From: Octopus sinensis
Lineage: Eukaryota
Reading direction: 5' to 3'
Assembly (NCBI RefSeq): GCF_006345805.1
Contig: NC_043003.1
Span: 72,664,001-72,728,000, forward strand
Length of the DNA stretch: 64,000 bases
The notes beneath the pieces were generated by a model. It saw nothing but the letters and a program-made list of their open reading frames with translations, searched no databases and was not told the DNA's origin. Positions 36,190 to 50,269 of the stretch are shown one piece after another (position 1 is the stretch's first letter; the number at the start of each line of letters is the position of its first letter). Made by a program: the position numbers and the translations under genes.

Positions 36190-36277
36190 CCCGTTGTTGT
36201 ATTCTCTAGTGAATTTCTTCCTGCAACAAAGTGCTGGCAGCAAAACCAAAGTCACTAAGAAAGAAACTTGGCAATAA
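36190..36277 (+). CDS. FOPNL: FOPNL exon 4 (terminal, stop)
   Basis: Long poly-T acceptor TTTTTCCAG|C. PLLYSLVNFFLQQSAGSKTKVTKKETWQ* contains the conserved PLLY motif. Exon sum 28+198+85+88 = 399 nt (132 aa plus stop). Confidence 0.92.
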
Positions 36278-37119
36278 CACTTCAGAATTGTATGTGTTTC
36301 ATGTTTAGATGTGTTTGTGCAATGACAGGATTGTCTACAGTTTGCAATGAGAACTACTATGCAGTTTTTTCATGAAAAGGATTCTACATGTGTGTGTGTC
36401 TGTGTGTGTGTGTGGTGTGTTTTATTAAAATACTGAGTCCAACAAAAACCATTCCAAAGACAAGAGGTCTAACCATGTTTCTTCAAGCATGTAATGTCAC
36501 TCACATCATCATCATCATCATCATTTTTTTACTGCTTTCTATGCTTGCATGGGTTGGACAGGAACCTTTCAAAATATATAGCAACTTGCCATTAGTTGCA
36601 TTCCTTATGTCTTGTCCTTTGTGATGTTTGCCATCCTGTAACCAGTTTTCATTACTTCTGTCCATATCTTTCCCTTCTACAGCTTCTCTCCACTTGCATC
36701 TCCTGGAAATTCTTTACCCATCTGTTACCATCCATAGACATAACATGTCCATATAAGTTCAGTGGTTTCTGTTACACACTACATCTCATTCCTCTTGAAC
36801 CTAGTTTATCTCTCAATCTATCTGTTTCACATCACTAACACTTACTAATATGACACATTTCACAGAGCATGCTTTCTACATTTCTTTCCAGCTTTTGCAT
36901 ATATTGTGTATGTATTTGTGAGAGGGAGAGATAGAGATAGATAGATAGATAGAGAGAGCGAGAGAAAGAGAGAGAGAGAGAGAGAGTGAGTGAGTGTATT
37001 TGTTTAGACAAATATTCATAGCTGAACAGACAGCCACAGTAGGTACTGCTCTGCTAATAGAAACTGAAGCAAAACTTTCTAGGTGCAGATTGGTGCCATA
37101 GAATTATGTGTGTATGTGT

Positions 37120-38400
37120 GTGTAAGAAGGGAGGGAAAGAAACTGCTGGAATTCTGGGATGCAAATGACTTGAATGACGTGAATTTTAAGATATTAGCCA
37201 TCCACTTGATTACCTATCAATATGGTAAGTACACAAGAAAGATTAACTACATTCTCTCCAGAATATGAGATGGGCAGATGCTTGTAAATGCAATCTTTCT
37301 ATAGTGAAAAATGTATAATCCAAAATAAGTTAGTGATTAGTGACTTCAAACTCAGAGCTACAAGGACTCAGAAAAGCAAACCAGTCTGGAAAAGGAAGAT
37401 ATAGATGCATAAAGACCCAGTAAGTAGTCAGAAAGTTAGAGAAATTGAGTGGACGCATTTGACATAGAGAACAATTGGAAGTTGCTACCGGACAAACTAC
37501 TGAGAGTTACAGACCAAACCTGAGGCTGATGCAAAGTTTTGGCCAGACAAAAGTTGTTGGTGTGGTGGTGCAACAGTGAAGTAGCCAGAGCTATAAAAGT
37601 GTAAAGACAGTCTTGGAAAGACTGGAAAAATAGAAATGACAGAGAATTTTATCAGGTAGCCAGAAGATTAGTGTGGGAGAAAGGTTTACACAGCTAAGGG
37701 AGAAGCAGAAAGTAGGAAATCTGTCTGTTCAACATGAGGATCAGAGACATGAGATATTTTGGTTTGCAAGACAATATATCAGAGAGAATCAGGATGTTGT
37801 GGGTGAGAAGTGTATGTGAAAAGATGATCCACTGTCCATACTCACCTTTTTTTTAACTTGAGTTTGTTCTGGTACCCCTTACAAAGATCAAGTTTCATCA
37901 CCTTATCCCATGTCTTCCTGGGTCTACCTCTATCACAGTTTCCCTCCACAGTCAGAGATTGACACTTCTTATGCCCAACTTTTCTCTCAAAATGCTTACA
38001 TTCTGTTGTACATGCACACTGACATTGCACATCCAGTGAAGCATACTGGCTTCATTTCTTTCAAGCCTACGTATGTCCTCGGTTGTCACAGCCCATGTTT
38101 CACTGCTGTGTAGCATAATTGTTCACACACAGGCATCATACAATCTGCCTTTCACTCTGAGAGAGAGGCCCTTTGTTGCCAGCAGAGGTAGGAGCTATCT
38201 GAACTTTGCCCAGCCTATTCTTATTCTCACAGCTACACTCTCAGAGCATCCACCCCAGTTACTAACTTCATCACTTAGATAATGGAAGCTATCTACTACC
38301 TCAAGCTTACCCTGCTGGCAGTTGGTAGAGTCTATTTTCTGCACATTTTCAGTGTTTATAGTACTTGTACATCTTCCACACACAAAAGCTATTTTCTCTG
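37120..38400. mobile_element. Two decayed RTE fragments in opposite orientations (+ ~37120-37830; - ~37880-38400)
   Basis: The + part matches the endonuclease end/linker upstream of the RT (LLEFWDAND, INYIL, RENQDVVGEKC). The - part gives GKLEVVDSFHYL..RIGWAKFR and RGRPRKTWD. Confidence 0.75.
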
Positions 38401-40189
38401 ATATTACTGCATCCCTTGTGTGTCCATAGCATACACCAGGTGTGTATTTTATCATTATTCTGCAGTCAGTCATTGCGACTATGATTGTTTATGGCTTTGG
38501 CATGACTTGATAAGCTTTCTCGATACTGGTTGATTTTTCACTTGGGTTTGCCATTTATTATGATCAGTTCCTTTCCACCTATGCTCATTTTTGCAAATCT
38601 CAATCTAGGTCTTCCCTGGGAGTAAAGGATTTGTATGGAGTGTTTGTTGTTGTCCATCCTGTGTATATGGCCAACCAACAAAAATTTCTATCAATGAGGA
38701 TTTCTATCATAGTAGACAAGTCTAAAAATGGAACATTTGGTGCTATTCGAGGACATTTACTTGGTAATTAAAATATAAATAAAGTGAATCAAGTACCACT
38801 TCTAGCCACTTTGGATAGGCAATTTCCACACCTCATTCCCATTTCAAGCCAGAGTGTTAGTGGTACACCAATATAAGCACTCATTGTACATACCTATTAA
38901 TATATTTCAATAGATGTATACTACTTGCATCTCCTCTATATGTGTGTGTGTGTTTGTGTGCACATACACATGCATGCACACAAGTGTGTGTGTATGTAGA
39001 CTCTTGCTATCATTGTTAAGGTGTTGGGCTGGCAGAATCATTAGAGCGTCAGAAAAATTCCTTTTTTGCAGAATCATTACAGTATCAGAAAAAATCCCTT
39101 TTGGGATTTTGGACAGCTTGATGGAACTGGTATGGTTAGGTGCACCAGGTTCTACAGTCTGTTTTGGCTTGGTTTCTACATACAGCTGGATGCCTTTCCT
39201 AACACCAACCACTTTACAGAGCACACTGTGTGCTTTTTACATGGAACCAGCACTTTTCACACCAATGCTTTTTATGTGGCACTTTGGTTTTCATTTGTTG
39301 TGGTGGGTGGGTCATGTTGAGTTCAGCAAAGCATCACATACCTTGATCCATGTCAGTCAATAAATCACAAGAATGAACAATAACAGTCACTGGATTGCAT
39401 CTTTAGGAATCCTGCTTTGCTTATGGCTTATTTTATGGAGGATACTTTGGAGTTGCAAGTCTTAGCATTTTGAGATCAGCCTTCAATACTTCATCCCATA
39501 TCTTTCTGGGTCTCCCTCTTCCACAACCTCCCACCACTTTAAGTGATCAGCATGTTTTTATGCAATCCACATCCATCTGCATCACATGACCAAACTATTA
39601 TTATTATTATTAAGGTACAGGGCTAGAAATCTTGAGGGAAGGGGATTAGTCAGTGTGTTGGCCTCAATATATAACTGGTATTTTATTATATTGACCTTGA
39701 AAATGATGAAAGGTAAAGTTGATTCTGCCAAGTTCAAATTGCTAGACTTTTGGGGGTGAGGGGGTCATTAAAATAAAGTACTAGTTAAGTACTGTGCTTT
39801 ATAGTTTTAATTGATCCCCTCCTCTCAACTACTGGCCTTGTGCTTACATTGGAAACTATTATTTGTTTTCTTCTGTCCTTTGTCTATGATATTTAAGAAT
39901 CAGATCTGAATCACATTAGTCATTAAATATTGAAAGTAAAAAAAACATAAATCACATTGATTTTTAATCTCATCTTTATTATTGTCTTTCATTTGTTTTG
40001 TGTGTGTGTGTGTGTTTCTCAGAAAATTTGAACACCTGACCTGTTGTTGCAACATATTAAGCAATGGTTTTGTATTGTGTCAGAGTAAACTTTTCTCTTT
40101 GTTTTTCTGGAGTTATTCCAATGAGTACCAGTCATATACTGGGGTTGATGTCGAATACCCATTTAAAATCTGGCATAAATTCCATTGAT

Positions 40190-40680
40190 TTCTTCTAACA
40201 AATCTGGGATTGGTGCCATTGATTACCCCCACTATAAAGAGCAATATTTTAAAACCAAAAGTATTACAGTCACCTGCATCAACTGGCAACTGTTACAAGT
40301 TCTTCCAGGAAACAGTCAAGCTTACAAATTAATAGACATTGTTGTGAATCAAGGAGAAGTAATTGATTATTCTGCAGAATTTTTGAATTTTTAGGGAACT
40401 CTACCATAACACAGGCGCCAGCTAATACAAGAAGCAAAAAAAAGCCCTCAGAATTTCAGTCATACCAAAAATATGTCCTTTTGAACACCTCAGTTTCTAG
40501 CTTACCTGAATTTTGCCATGTCAGTCAATAAATCACAAGAATAAACAATAACAGTCACTGGATTGCATCTTTAGGAATCCTGCTTTGCTTATGGCCTATT
40601 TTATGGAGAATACTTTGGAGTTGCAAACCTCAAAAATTCATTTATGCTCTATACTAGCCAAACCAAAAACGCTTGTGTAT
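40190..40680 (+). mobile_element. Helitron helicase remnant
   Basis: INWQLLQVLPGNSQAYKLID..YSAEFLN and FAMSVNKSQE.TI..GLHL..CFAYG are decayed Helitron PIF1 motifs. Confidence 0.65.
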
Positions 40681-41364
40681 CTTCAGGTATGGATATGACT
40701 GCGTTCAGAATACCCAAGGCTATGCTGGGTATAGAACTAATGTGTAAGCTGGAGTTTGCAAGGCTACATCCCCAGTGTTTCCTTAACAATGAGCAGTTGT
40801 GGTTGCTGTTTGTTAGACATGATTTTCACAGCTCATCTCTTTGACAGAGTTGCATTCTTGAATCAGGTATAGACTGAGGTAAGGTGCCTAACACATTGAG
40901 TGCCATCAGGCGTTCACAGCCCTCTGTCAGTCAAGGCAATGCTGCCAGTGAATATTCCAACATGGAATTAGTGGTAGGCATGAGTAACAATATCTGTAGG
41001 GAAATTATAGGTACCAATGAAAATCAATTGGCTGATCTTTTCCAGAGGACTTTCATTTCCACAGATAATTTCCAGAAATCCCTGACTAGTGCTACCAGGG
41101 GATACTGCCTGATCAGGACAAACACGACAGGCATGGTAGTGTTGTCAGCTGTGCCTACCTGAGATGTACACAAAGTGATGAAACCATCCTGCACATACTT
41201 CCAAAGGGCCTTCACAAAGTAGCTGGAGTATTACAATATGTGTATTGAAGTCAGAGGATCTTCCGTTGAATAAGATATAGTTTTGTACTTCTTTGAAATT
41301 AATAAGTTTCTCCTGAAAAAGCCTGAAAACTGGAATGCACCTTATATAGACATATGTATAGATG

Positions 41365-41610
41365 CAAGCATGGCTATATGGTAAGAAATTTGCTTTCCAA
41401 CCACATGGTTCTGGGTTCTCACCCATGGTGTAGAATCTTGGGCAAGTGTTTTCTACTATAGCCTCGGGTTGATGAAAGTCATGTGAGTAGATTTGGGAGA
41501 CAGAAACTGAAAGAAGCCTGTTGTGTATATATGTGTGTGTTTGTGCATGTTTTTGTGTCTATGTTTGTCCTCCACTACTGCTGGTGTGTTTACATCCCCG
41601 TAATTAAGTG
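41365..41610 (+). mobile_element. tRNA-derived SINE, partial
   Basis: GCATGGCTATATGGTAAGAAATTTGCTTTCCAACCACATGGTTCTGGGTTC..TTGGGCAAGTGTTTTCTACTATAGCC. Confidence 0.75.
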
Positions 41611-42162
41611 ATGTGTGTATTATACATGTATGCACACAAACTGAGAGAGAGAAAGATGTTTATGTTTTTACATATTTCTATACGTATACATAGACACACA
41701 CATCTACGTAACACAGCATACACATACACAGAGATACATTAAGACAGCTGCGTGTATATTTAACATAGCTATCTGATGATAACCCATTCTTACTCCTACT
41801 TACCTGAATTATATTATCTATTTATATATTTGCTGATATCTTCGCCTTCACCACCACCACCACCACCACCACCACTACTACTACTACCATCACCACCACC
41901 ACCACTGCTATAAGCAGCAGCTGCAACACCAGCACCAGTGTATATTTTTTTATCTGTCCATCTTGCAACATGATACATTTATTTCTTCCATGTGTAACAC
42001 AAAGAAGGATACATGTGGGGTTTTTTTTGTATACATACATTCACACGAACATTATATATATATATATACACACACACACATTTACATATATATATATATA
42101 TATATGTAAATGTGTGTGTATATATATATATGTAAATGTGTGTGTGTATATATATATGTAAA

Positions 42163-42193
<31 letters not shown>

Positions 42194-42201
42194 GTAAATG
42201 T

Positions 42202-42284
<83 letters not shown>

Positions 42285-44362
42285 TATATATGCTAGATAG
42301 ATAGTTATATATATGTACACACATACCCTCACACATCTTTACATTTTTACAGACTTCTATTATAAGACTAAATTTCCTTTTACTAATGAAATCCAAAGAG
42401 CTTGGCTATTGCTATTTAACCCTGAATCAGCCTTGATTCGATGGACCTATGATGAAAGTACCTTTCTTTTCACATGAAATAACAATGCAGTTTGAATAAG
42501 AATTGGCTTCAGTTTGTAGTATGTTGCGTGATCTTCTTGACCAGTGGTTCAGGAGGAGAGGTTTTAAAAGGGGCATCTAAGTGTCCTGTGAATTTTTAAA
42601 ACTATGATTTACTTCTGTAGAAAATCGATTCTAATGTTTCACTCATGAGTATGATTGGTAAAATAAGATAAATGATCGTTTCCTATATTTGTTTCTAAAT
42701 TTGTTGACTTCAAAATAGTTTTACATAACTTTCCAAACAAAGGCTGTCATAGCTGTAGGTGCTTAACAGCAAAAATCCGGTGGTTGTTGTGGTATTTGGT
42801 GGCAAAGACGAGGGCAAGTAAATTGATTATAGAAGAGAGTATAGCCAACTGAAATGATCTGACACAAGAATAATACACGTATTTTACTGAGTTCAGAGCT
42901 TCACTCTGGTAACACTGGAACCTATATCTATATCTTTATTACCCACAAGGGGCTAAACATAGAGGGGACAAACTGGTACTTAATTTATCGACCCTGAAAG
43001 GATGAAAGGTAAAGTCGACCTCAGCGGAACTTGAACTCACAACGTTACGGCAGACGAAATACCGCTGTAGAGATGGAACTAAATTATGCTGCTGTGCAAG
43101 AGAAAAGACCTGTCCAATACAAGGAAGAATACAAATGTAAAATGATGATGATAATGATGGTCAGGATAACGACGATGATGATGATGAACGGCAAATCTCA
43201 CATCAGCTCAACTTTTTGGGAAGTGTATTAAACTACCATTAAACATTACCACCTCCACTATCTGTACCATCACCCCCAATAACAATTCTATCTTGTAGTA
43301 TTAAAAGAGAGTGGTGGTGGGGAAAACATACGTCGTGGTGTTTATAGAAGATATTGGAGGATAGACTTGATAGGGGTGGGAACTACAGTTCTTGAGGTAT
43401 TTAAGAGGGTGTTGATGAAGAGAATGGGTAAAGTGGGCAACTACGTATTTACTTATGCATGTTTACGTTTGGAGATGAAATCCCATCGAAATTAACTTAG
43501 CAATCAAAGGACGAGCGGCAAAGTTGGTCTCGGAGGGAATTCAGTGTAAATCTTATTCGACTTTACTCTTCGTTTTTCTGAGCAGACGATTTAATAGGTA
43601 CCAGTCGAATACTGAGGTTTATTTAATTAATTAATCCTATCCCCTAATATTTGTGGCCTAGTGCCTATTATGAGAAATTTATATCGTTATTGTAAACAAC
43701 TACGTAATACCTGATGGTGTTAAAAACACTCCACCCTGCTTCTCTTCAAACTTACGCTAATCCCATCGCAACCTGCTCTCTTCTCCAAGACGTCTATCAA
43801 CACTTTACTCACTATCTGAACCACCCACAACTCGCTTCTCCCACACACGTTTTATAGTTCCTCTCTCTCTCTCTCTTACGGAAAGGTGCCTCCCCTTTAT
43901 GTGAATACTACCGTCCCTACTTCTTCATTAAACTGATCTACATCTATCTGTCTATCTCCGTCTGGCTGTCAGTCTGATATACTAAATTAGTAAGAGAAGT
44001 AGGTAGCGCCATTGTTGTAGTTTAGTAGGAAAGCTAAGACCACTGCTATCACAACCAACATTACTACCATTCTCTCTTTTAATGTTTACTTACAAGCTCA
44101 GTTTTGTTTCACCGGCAATGCATTCGCTCTCAGTCACCTGCACTACATCTGTTTATTAACCAATGTAATAATTTTATTGTTAAATCAAGCACAGACATAC
44201 GCAATTATACAAGAACAATAAGAGAAAATAATTATACGAACATTAGTGATCCAGTGTTCAGGATTATATTCTGTTCACTGAGAAGTGAGATCGTTGGCAA
44301 ATTTACGTCAACAACAACAAACACAAGAAGAACAAAAGTAAACATAACCTTTAAATCGAAAC

Positions 44363-44593
44363 ATGCCTCGGTTAGCTGGGACCGAACCTACAGTAGTGGC
44401 CACACCGCCACATGCCCCGTCGCAAAAGAAACTAATTGTTTTAGTTGACATGGATATGGTGTTGTGTGATTTTGAATCATACTTTTTGGAGAAATACCGT
44501 GAAAAGTATCCGACGGAACCTTATGTGCCATTAGAAGAACGTTGTCAGTTCTACATTCGGGAACAGTACGCCACTATACGACAGGATCTTTCG
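44363..44593 (+). CDS. NT5M: 5'(3')-deoxyribonucleotidase (NT5M/NT5C-like, HAD family), exon 1; gene continues beyond what was recognised
   Basis: LIVLVDMDMVLCDFESYFLEKYREKYPTEPYVPLEERCQFYIREQYATIRQDLS aligns by eye to human [54 protein letters not shown] (HAD motif I DxD). Phase-0 donor TCG|GTGAGG. NT5M versus NT5C orthology is not resolvable here. Confidence 0.88.
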
Positions 44594-44619
44594 GTGAGGA
44601 TTGAACCTATCATAGATTT

Positions 44620-44900
44620 TATTTTGTACATGTTTCAGTCATTGGAATGGGCCATGCTGGGGTACTATCTTAAAAGAATTAGTCTTTTTTTTTTTCGGGT
44701 ACATAAACAAAGCAGCACTGGTTGTCCAGCCGTGGTGGAGACAAACACAAACACTTCAGTTTCTGTCTACCAAATCCACTCACAAGTCTTTGGTCGGTCC
44801 GGGGCTATAATAGAAGACACTTGCCCAAGGTGCTACGCAGTAGGACCGAACTCAGAACTATGTGGTTGGGAACTAAACTTCTTACCACACAGCCACGCTT
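44620..44900 (-). mobile_element. tRNA-derived SINE in NT5M-like intron 1
   Basis: Reverse complement of GCGTGGCTGTGTGGTAAGAAG..GCACCTTGGGCAAGTGTCTTCTATTATAGCCCCGGACCGACCAAAG. This accounts for the tail of ORF 44363-44902. Confidence 0.8.
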
Positions 44901-45215
44901 AACTTTTCATGAACATTTTTCTTATATATTTAGGTGATCTGGTTGTATAATAGTACTGTTTACTCTTTCAGGGAGTTCGAATTTTAACCTTCAGTTTGTG
45001 TAGGACCCAAAAGTTGTCAGTTATTTTTGTGGCCCACGCGTAAAATACAGATAGGAGTCTAATGATGGTCGAGTATTAATCAGAAACATATTGTTATAAA
45101 TTAACAATATTTCTTTCAATTGTTTAAAGTTATTAATTTGGAAAACTGTTGGAATGGTATTCTTTTCGTTTTGTTAAAAAATATTTATTAGCGAAGAGAG
45201 GCAGTATTAATACGG

Positions 45216-45490
45216 AGAAGTAATATTTATCCTTACATAAACATGGATGTTCTACTAGAACAAACTATATTGTGGAAACGATCATATTGGTTTTCTGGTG
45301 CAAAATGTACTCTTGTTTATATCGCCAGCAGCGAGGTGGCGGGGAGGGGGGACTTATCTTCTTGCTAGCAATATAAACAAGAGTGCATTTTCCACCAAAA
45401 AGCCAATATGAGTTTCTCTCAGGGTATCTATTGCAGTATAGTTTGTTCTAACAGAACACCCACGTTTAAGTGGGTATAAATATTACTTCT
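45216..45490. mobile_element. Fold-back MITE-like inverted repeat
   Basis: AGAAGTAATATTTAT..TAGAACAAACTATA..CATATTGGTTTT..ACTCTTGTTTATAT pairs with ATATAAACAAGAGT..AAAAGCCAATATG..TATAGTTTGTTCTA..ATAAATATTACTTCT. Confidence 0.7.
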
Positions 45491-48177
45491 TTACAGTTTG
45501 TGATAGTTACATCAATCATAGGAAGCGACACTATTAAAAACACCGCCCTCTATAATAATTATCACGTGACTATTGGTTTAGGTCACATGACATCGTCATA
45601 AAACCACCTGTAACACTGCTGTTATATAACAAGGATATTACATCTCCCTATATTGCTTCCCTTATGTCATGCTTATGACTTTAAACTGTATCTAGTTGTG
45701 GGGCTCTGGTTGATGAGTTCCAGGGCTTAGAGACCTCAGGTCTCTGCTAACACCTGCCAGGGTCCCAGCTTAGGGTTATTTAGCATGTTATGGAAGAAAC
45801 TCCAAGCACTGCCTTGGAAAAGGAAAAAAAAGCTAGGGGAGTCAACCTTGACAGCAAATCAAAGAGTGGAGTCCCTCATATGGTCTGATGCTCTTTTGGA
45901 CATCCTTCAGACAACTCCAGGGTAACTGGAGCTCTCCACTCTTTTAAAGTCACTCTAATGTAAAACCTGTAGCTTACTGGCTACTGCAGCCTTCTTAGAC
46001 TGCTGGGCCATTGTGATCAAACCTTCAAGTCTAAAGGGCAAGATAGTATTGGGCAGACTGACTCTCACTTTAAAACTACGAAGAGCAGACAGATAGAAGA
46101 GATCTGCAGCTTTGAGAATTGGTTTATTTGCCACTTGATGGTAAGCTGCTCTTCCTCGTAATTTTCAGACAAAAAGAAACTGCTATCTTTCTTTGCCTTG
46201 TTCAACATAATTAAGAGCCATGTCATTGGTATCAACACCAACTTCATTTGGTGATGGGATATCCCCAGTCGTTAGTTGCTGGAAGCTGGCAACATACCAG
46301 GTTTAGGATCACACCATGGGGGAGCATCAGTAGCAAGAGACATTATTAAAAGGGCTTTTATCTAAAGTTCCCTCAATAGTGAAGAGCTGTGCTTTCTTCC
46401 AGTATGGGCAATCAACTAGTAACTGAGTAGAAACCTCAATAAACAGGCATCCCAAATTGTTTAGTAAAAGCTTTAATTCCCATTTTCAGATTCTTTATCA
46501 GTTTTTCAAACTGACCACTAGATACTTGATGGTATGGTGGCTTCTTAAAGAGTTTGCAACCCAAAATTCTTAAGCTATTCCTAGAATATCTCATTACAAA
46601 ACTGCAACATTATTGGCAGTCAATGTATGTGGAATCTCATTCCTGGTGAAAATAGTTCTCATAACATTCATTACTGTTTTAACAGACTGATCATTAACTC
46701 TTATAGCTCCAACCAGAAAATGTAATAATTAGTATGAGTAACTCACCAACATTAAGAACATATCCCTGATCCATATGTACATATGACCATGGCTTTTCTT
46801 CAATTGGCCAACTATTCTCAGTAACTTTATAGGGTTAATCTGACTACATTGAGGGTAATTTTGATCATAATTATTGGTGCCATTACAATATTCTGGTCAC
46901 CATGCTCCTATTCACTGACTATCTCTTGTAGCTATAGTTCCACCATGGATGTTATCATGTATAGCTTTTATGAAAATTTGTTGCAATACTACAGGAACAA
47001 TGATGTTTCCATACAAAAAAATGTCATTAATTATTAACAATGAGTTTTTGTCTAATTGCTTTATAAAGTCTTTCACTTAGTAATTATTTCTTGTATTCAT
47101 TTTGATTCAATTAACAATTTTAGACATACCTACATTATTTTTTTTGTTTCAGCTTTTATTTTCTGCACATCTGTTTCCATCAAATGAGTATATGATGTCT
47201 TCATTGCATTTTCATTTGTCTTTATTGATTCCTTGAATTTCATTCAGACAGAACATCCATGTACAGCATTATATTGCCTTTTATACATAAAATTTCAGTC
47301 AAAAGCAGCCAACTGGATTGTCCAACATTATTTTGTAGCACTTCTTTTCTGAGACTAATGAATATTAACTCTTATAGTTAGTTCTCAAGAAAACCTGTTG
47401 TCCTAATAAAAAGTTTTGGGCTCTTTTTACAGTACAAACAATCACCAAAGCCTCTCTTTCAATATTAGAGTAGTTAAAGGCAGTGAGCTGGCAGAATTGT
47501 TAGCACACTGGGCAAAATGCTTAGTGACACATTGTTCATCTTTACATTCTGAGTTCAAACTCCAACAAAGTCAACTTCGCTTTTCATCCTATCAGGGTCA
47601 ATAAAATAAGTACCAGTTGAACACTAGAGTGTGTGCATTTGACTTACCCAACCCCCAAAATTGCTAGTCTTGTGCCAAAATTTGAAATCAGTATTGGAGT
47701 AGTTACTTTCAACTTAAGATAGACATCACAATAAGTATAGGACTGCAAACCTCACTTGAGACAGTACATCAGTAGTGATTATGATCTCTTTTGTTGTGTC
47801 AAACATCTGTACACTGCAATTAACTAAATATCTTTTTCAGACAGATCAGAATGCTTCTTCTCCATAAGAATATGGAGTTCTTTTCCATAGGTTTAAAAAT
47901 TACTTATTTTTTTAGAAATAGCTAGAATAAATTGACTATAAAAATTAGTCAATCTCAAAATGACTAATTCTTTCCTGCTCTCTGGGATTTTTAGGTCTTA
48001 TATCCACTAATATCATCTTGTTGAATATCATGTTTGGAGATCTTATAACCTAGGAGTTCTAATAGCCATACCCTGGCTGGTGGGTTTTTGTAAATGTGAT
48101 CTTGATAAACTGTCATACGTGTGACATCTAATACCTTTACCATAACATAATATGACATTTGCTGTTTATATACTATA

Positions 48178-48948
48178 CTAGTGCAACCTGTGCCAGCAGA
48201 AATGATGGCATGAAAATGATACGGAAAATAAAATTAAAATAACAACATTACAATCTTTATCCCAGTAACTGCTTCAACACCATGTTTCTAGTGAAAATCC
48301 TACCAGCAACGAGTTTGCCTTCTTTTGGATGGTCGTTTACCAACATTTTAATATTATTACAACTTCTACTTCTACTCAATGCAGCATAAAGTTGTCCATG
48401 GTGGAATACTGGTGATGGTAGGGTGATACCAACATTATTGAAGCTCTGCTCTTGTGATTTGTTTATGATCATTGCAAATGCTGGGATAACAGGAAACTGT
48501 CGTCTACTCTTACTAAAGGAAAAGGTTGCCTCAATAGGCCGGAGGCATGGAATAAAGGCCTCCTCTCCTTTCTTACTTCCACTAAGTATTTTTTGGGCTC
48601 GTCTCTCTTATCTCACTTCTTGTGATTGATTTAATAACCTTAATGTATTGTTTAATCTTCTTGCATCCTGTTCTTCCTGAGTGAGACTGGCTGTCTTTTG
48701 CCTTTGTCTCTCTCTGGCTAACCGTTATCTTCTGTCTGTTTCATTCTCCATAGCAGGAGGATGAGTATATTTAATACAATGGAACACAGACTTCAAAACA
48801 AATAAGTATATTTGTGTGTGTGTGTGTGCGTGTATATACGTTAGTTTGTTTACATTTCTGTACGTAACCATTCAAAGTCCAAAATTATACAGGATTACAT
48901 TAATAGCTTACACACAGAGACTTAAAATTTTTTCCACAAACGTGTATG

Positions 48949-48986
<38 letters not shown>

Positions 48987-49596
48987 ACCGGCTGAAATGG
49001 AAAAAGATCTTGACAAATTTCACTGCCTTGGCAAAATTCTTCATTCATAAATATTTACAAACATCACTGTATTGGTAAATATTTGTAAATATTTATAATT
49101 ACCTTCCTTTATATTTAGCTTTCTTTAAACATACAATATTATCAAGCTTTCTTTCAATAGATAATATTTTAATTTTATGGCTTAAAAATTACTACTTATT
49201 TACTTATATTCTATTAAGTTTGTAACTTTTTAAAGAGAAAAATCTTCCAGAACAGTCAAACATCCATAGAGATACAGAAAAGATAATTTTTAGGTGCAAA
49301 ATTCTTATTTACTTATCTTATATACTGTTATTAATGTTTACCAGAAAAAAAAATCAGCATTCATTGAATAAAAATTAAAATGTTGTTGAGAGAGAGAGAA
49401 AGAAGAGAGAGAGGCAGCGTTCATCAATAAAGTAAAAAAAGTTTTTGTTGAGAGAGTGAGAGAGCAAGAGGTGCTGTTTGATACCACTCCCTCTTTCATT
49501 GTTATTACCATTTTGTCTTGTCCCTCTTTTTACTCTGCCATTCCCTCATTGCATGATTTTGGACAAACTTACAAACAAGCTCATTAATATAATAGA
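48178..49596 (-). mobile_element. Non-autonomous Helitron with a PIF1 C-terminal remnant
   Basis: Minus frame RRQFPVIPAFAMIINKSQEQSF..VFHHGQLYAALSR..TRNMV. CTAG|T 3' end at 48178. The probable A|TC 5' end near 49596 is less certain. Confidence 0.75.
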
Positions 49597-50269
49597 TGGC
49601 AGATGCATCCAATGCAATAATCTAAAAGCAGTACTTATTGTGGCTATTTCCTGAGTTTCATCAGAAATTCAGATTTGATGGTAGGCTCCTATCAAATCAA
49701 TCTTTGTAAGCTTGTGTTATGCTATCTCAATATTTGGTGCTGAATAAAAATCACAACATATGCTTGTATTCACTTCTATCTTGTAGTTTGTACAAATATG
49801 TAAACCACTATAGAACTTGGGCATCACAACCAACTGTGAAGTTCATTTATTTCCTTCTGATTCAACTTAATTCATTACAATGTTGTTTAGCATTTGTGAG
49901 TAAATATGCATAAGAAATTGTGTCTCAGTTCATAATCTGCTGGTTTAGTGTTACAAACATCAATCTTTCATAGGATTCTTGCATAGGGACTTTTCTGTCA
50001 ACAGTGCAAGTCTCAGTTCCAATATCTTTCAGTTTCTTAGGTAGCATTTAGGGTGTTGTGCAAGTATACTATTTACTTTTAGAATACTTGTTTTAGTCTT
50101 TTCAGTTCACTGGGTTGGTCCTGATATTTCTCAATTTTTTCAATTTGTTTGGTGTTGAATCTTTTATTACAGGAATTGCACAGTCTGTGTGTCTTCTGTT
50201 ATTACAAATGAGATTCTTGCTTTTTGTCCTTTATAGTCATATCTGTCTTCTTGTTTTACTATTATTCCT

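Noticed and set aside
41790-41960. Minus-strand exon with a CAG|GTAAGT donor and poly-Val/Gly tract
   Set aside because: Simple (CCA/CTA)n repeat with no partner exons or protein similarity recognised. A non-coding exon cannot be excluded.
44594-44902. C-terminal part of the 179-aa ORF 44363-44902
   Set aside because: Read-through past the splice donor into intron and an antisense SINE.
47830-48140. Candidate NT5M exon 2 after the acceptors at ~47840 and ~47994
   Set aside because: Phase-0 translations stop early or show no similarity to the expected EKAISIWES..FF..L.P.PGA segment.
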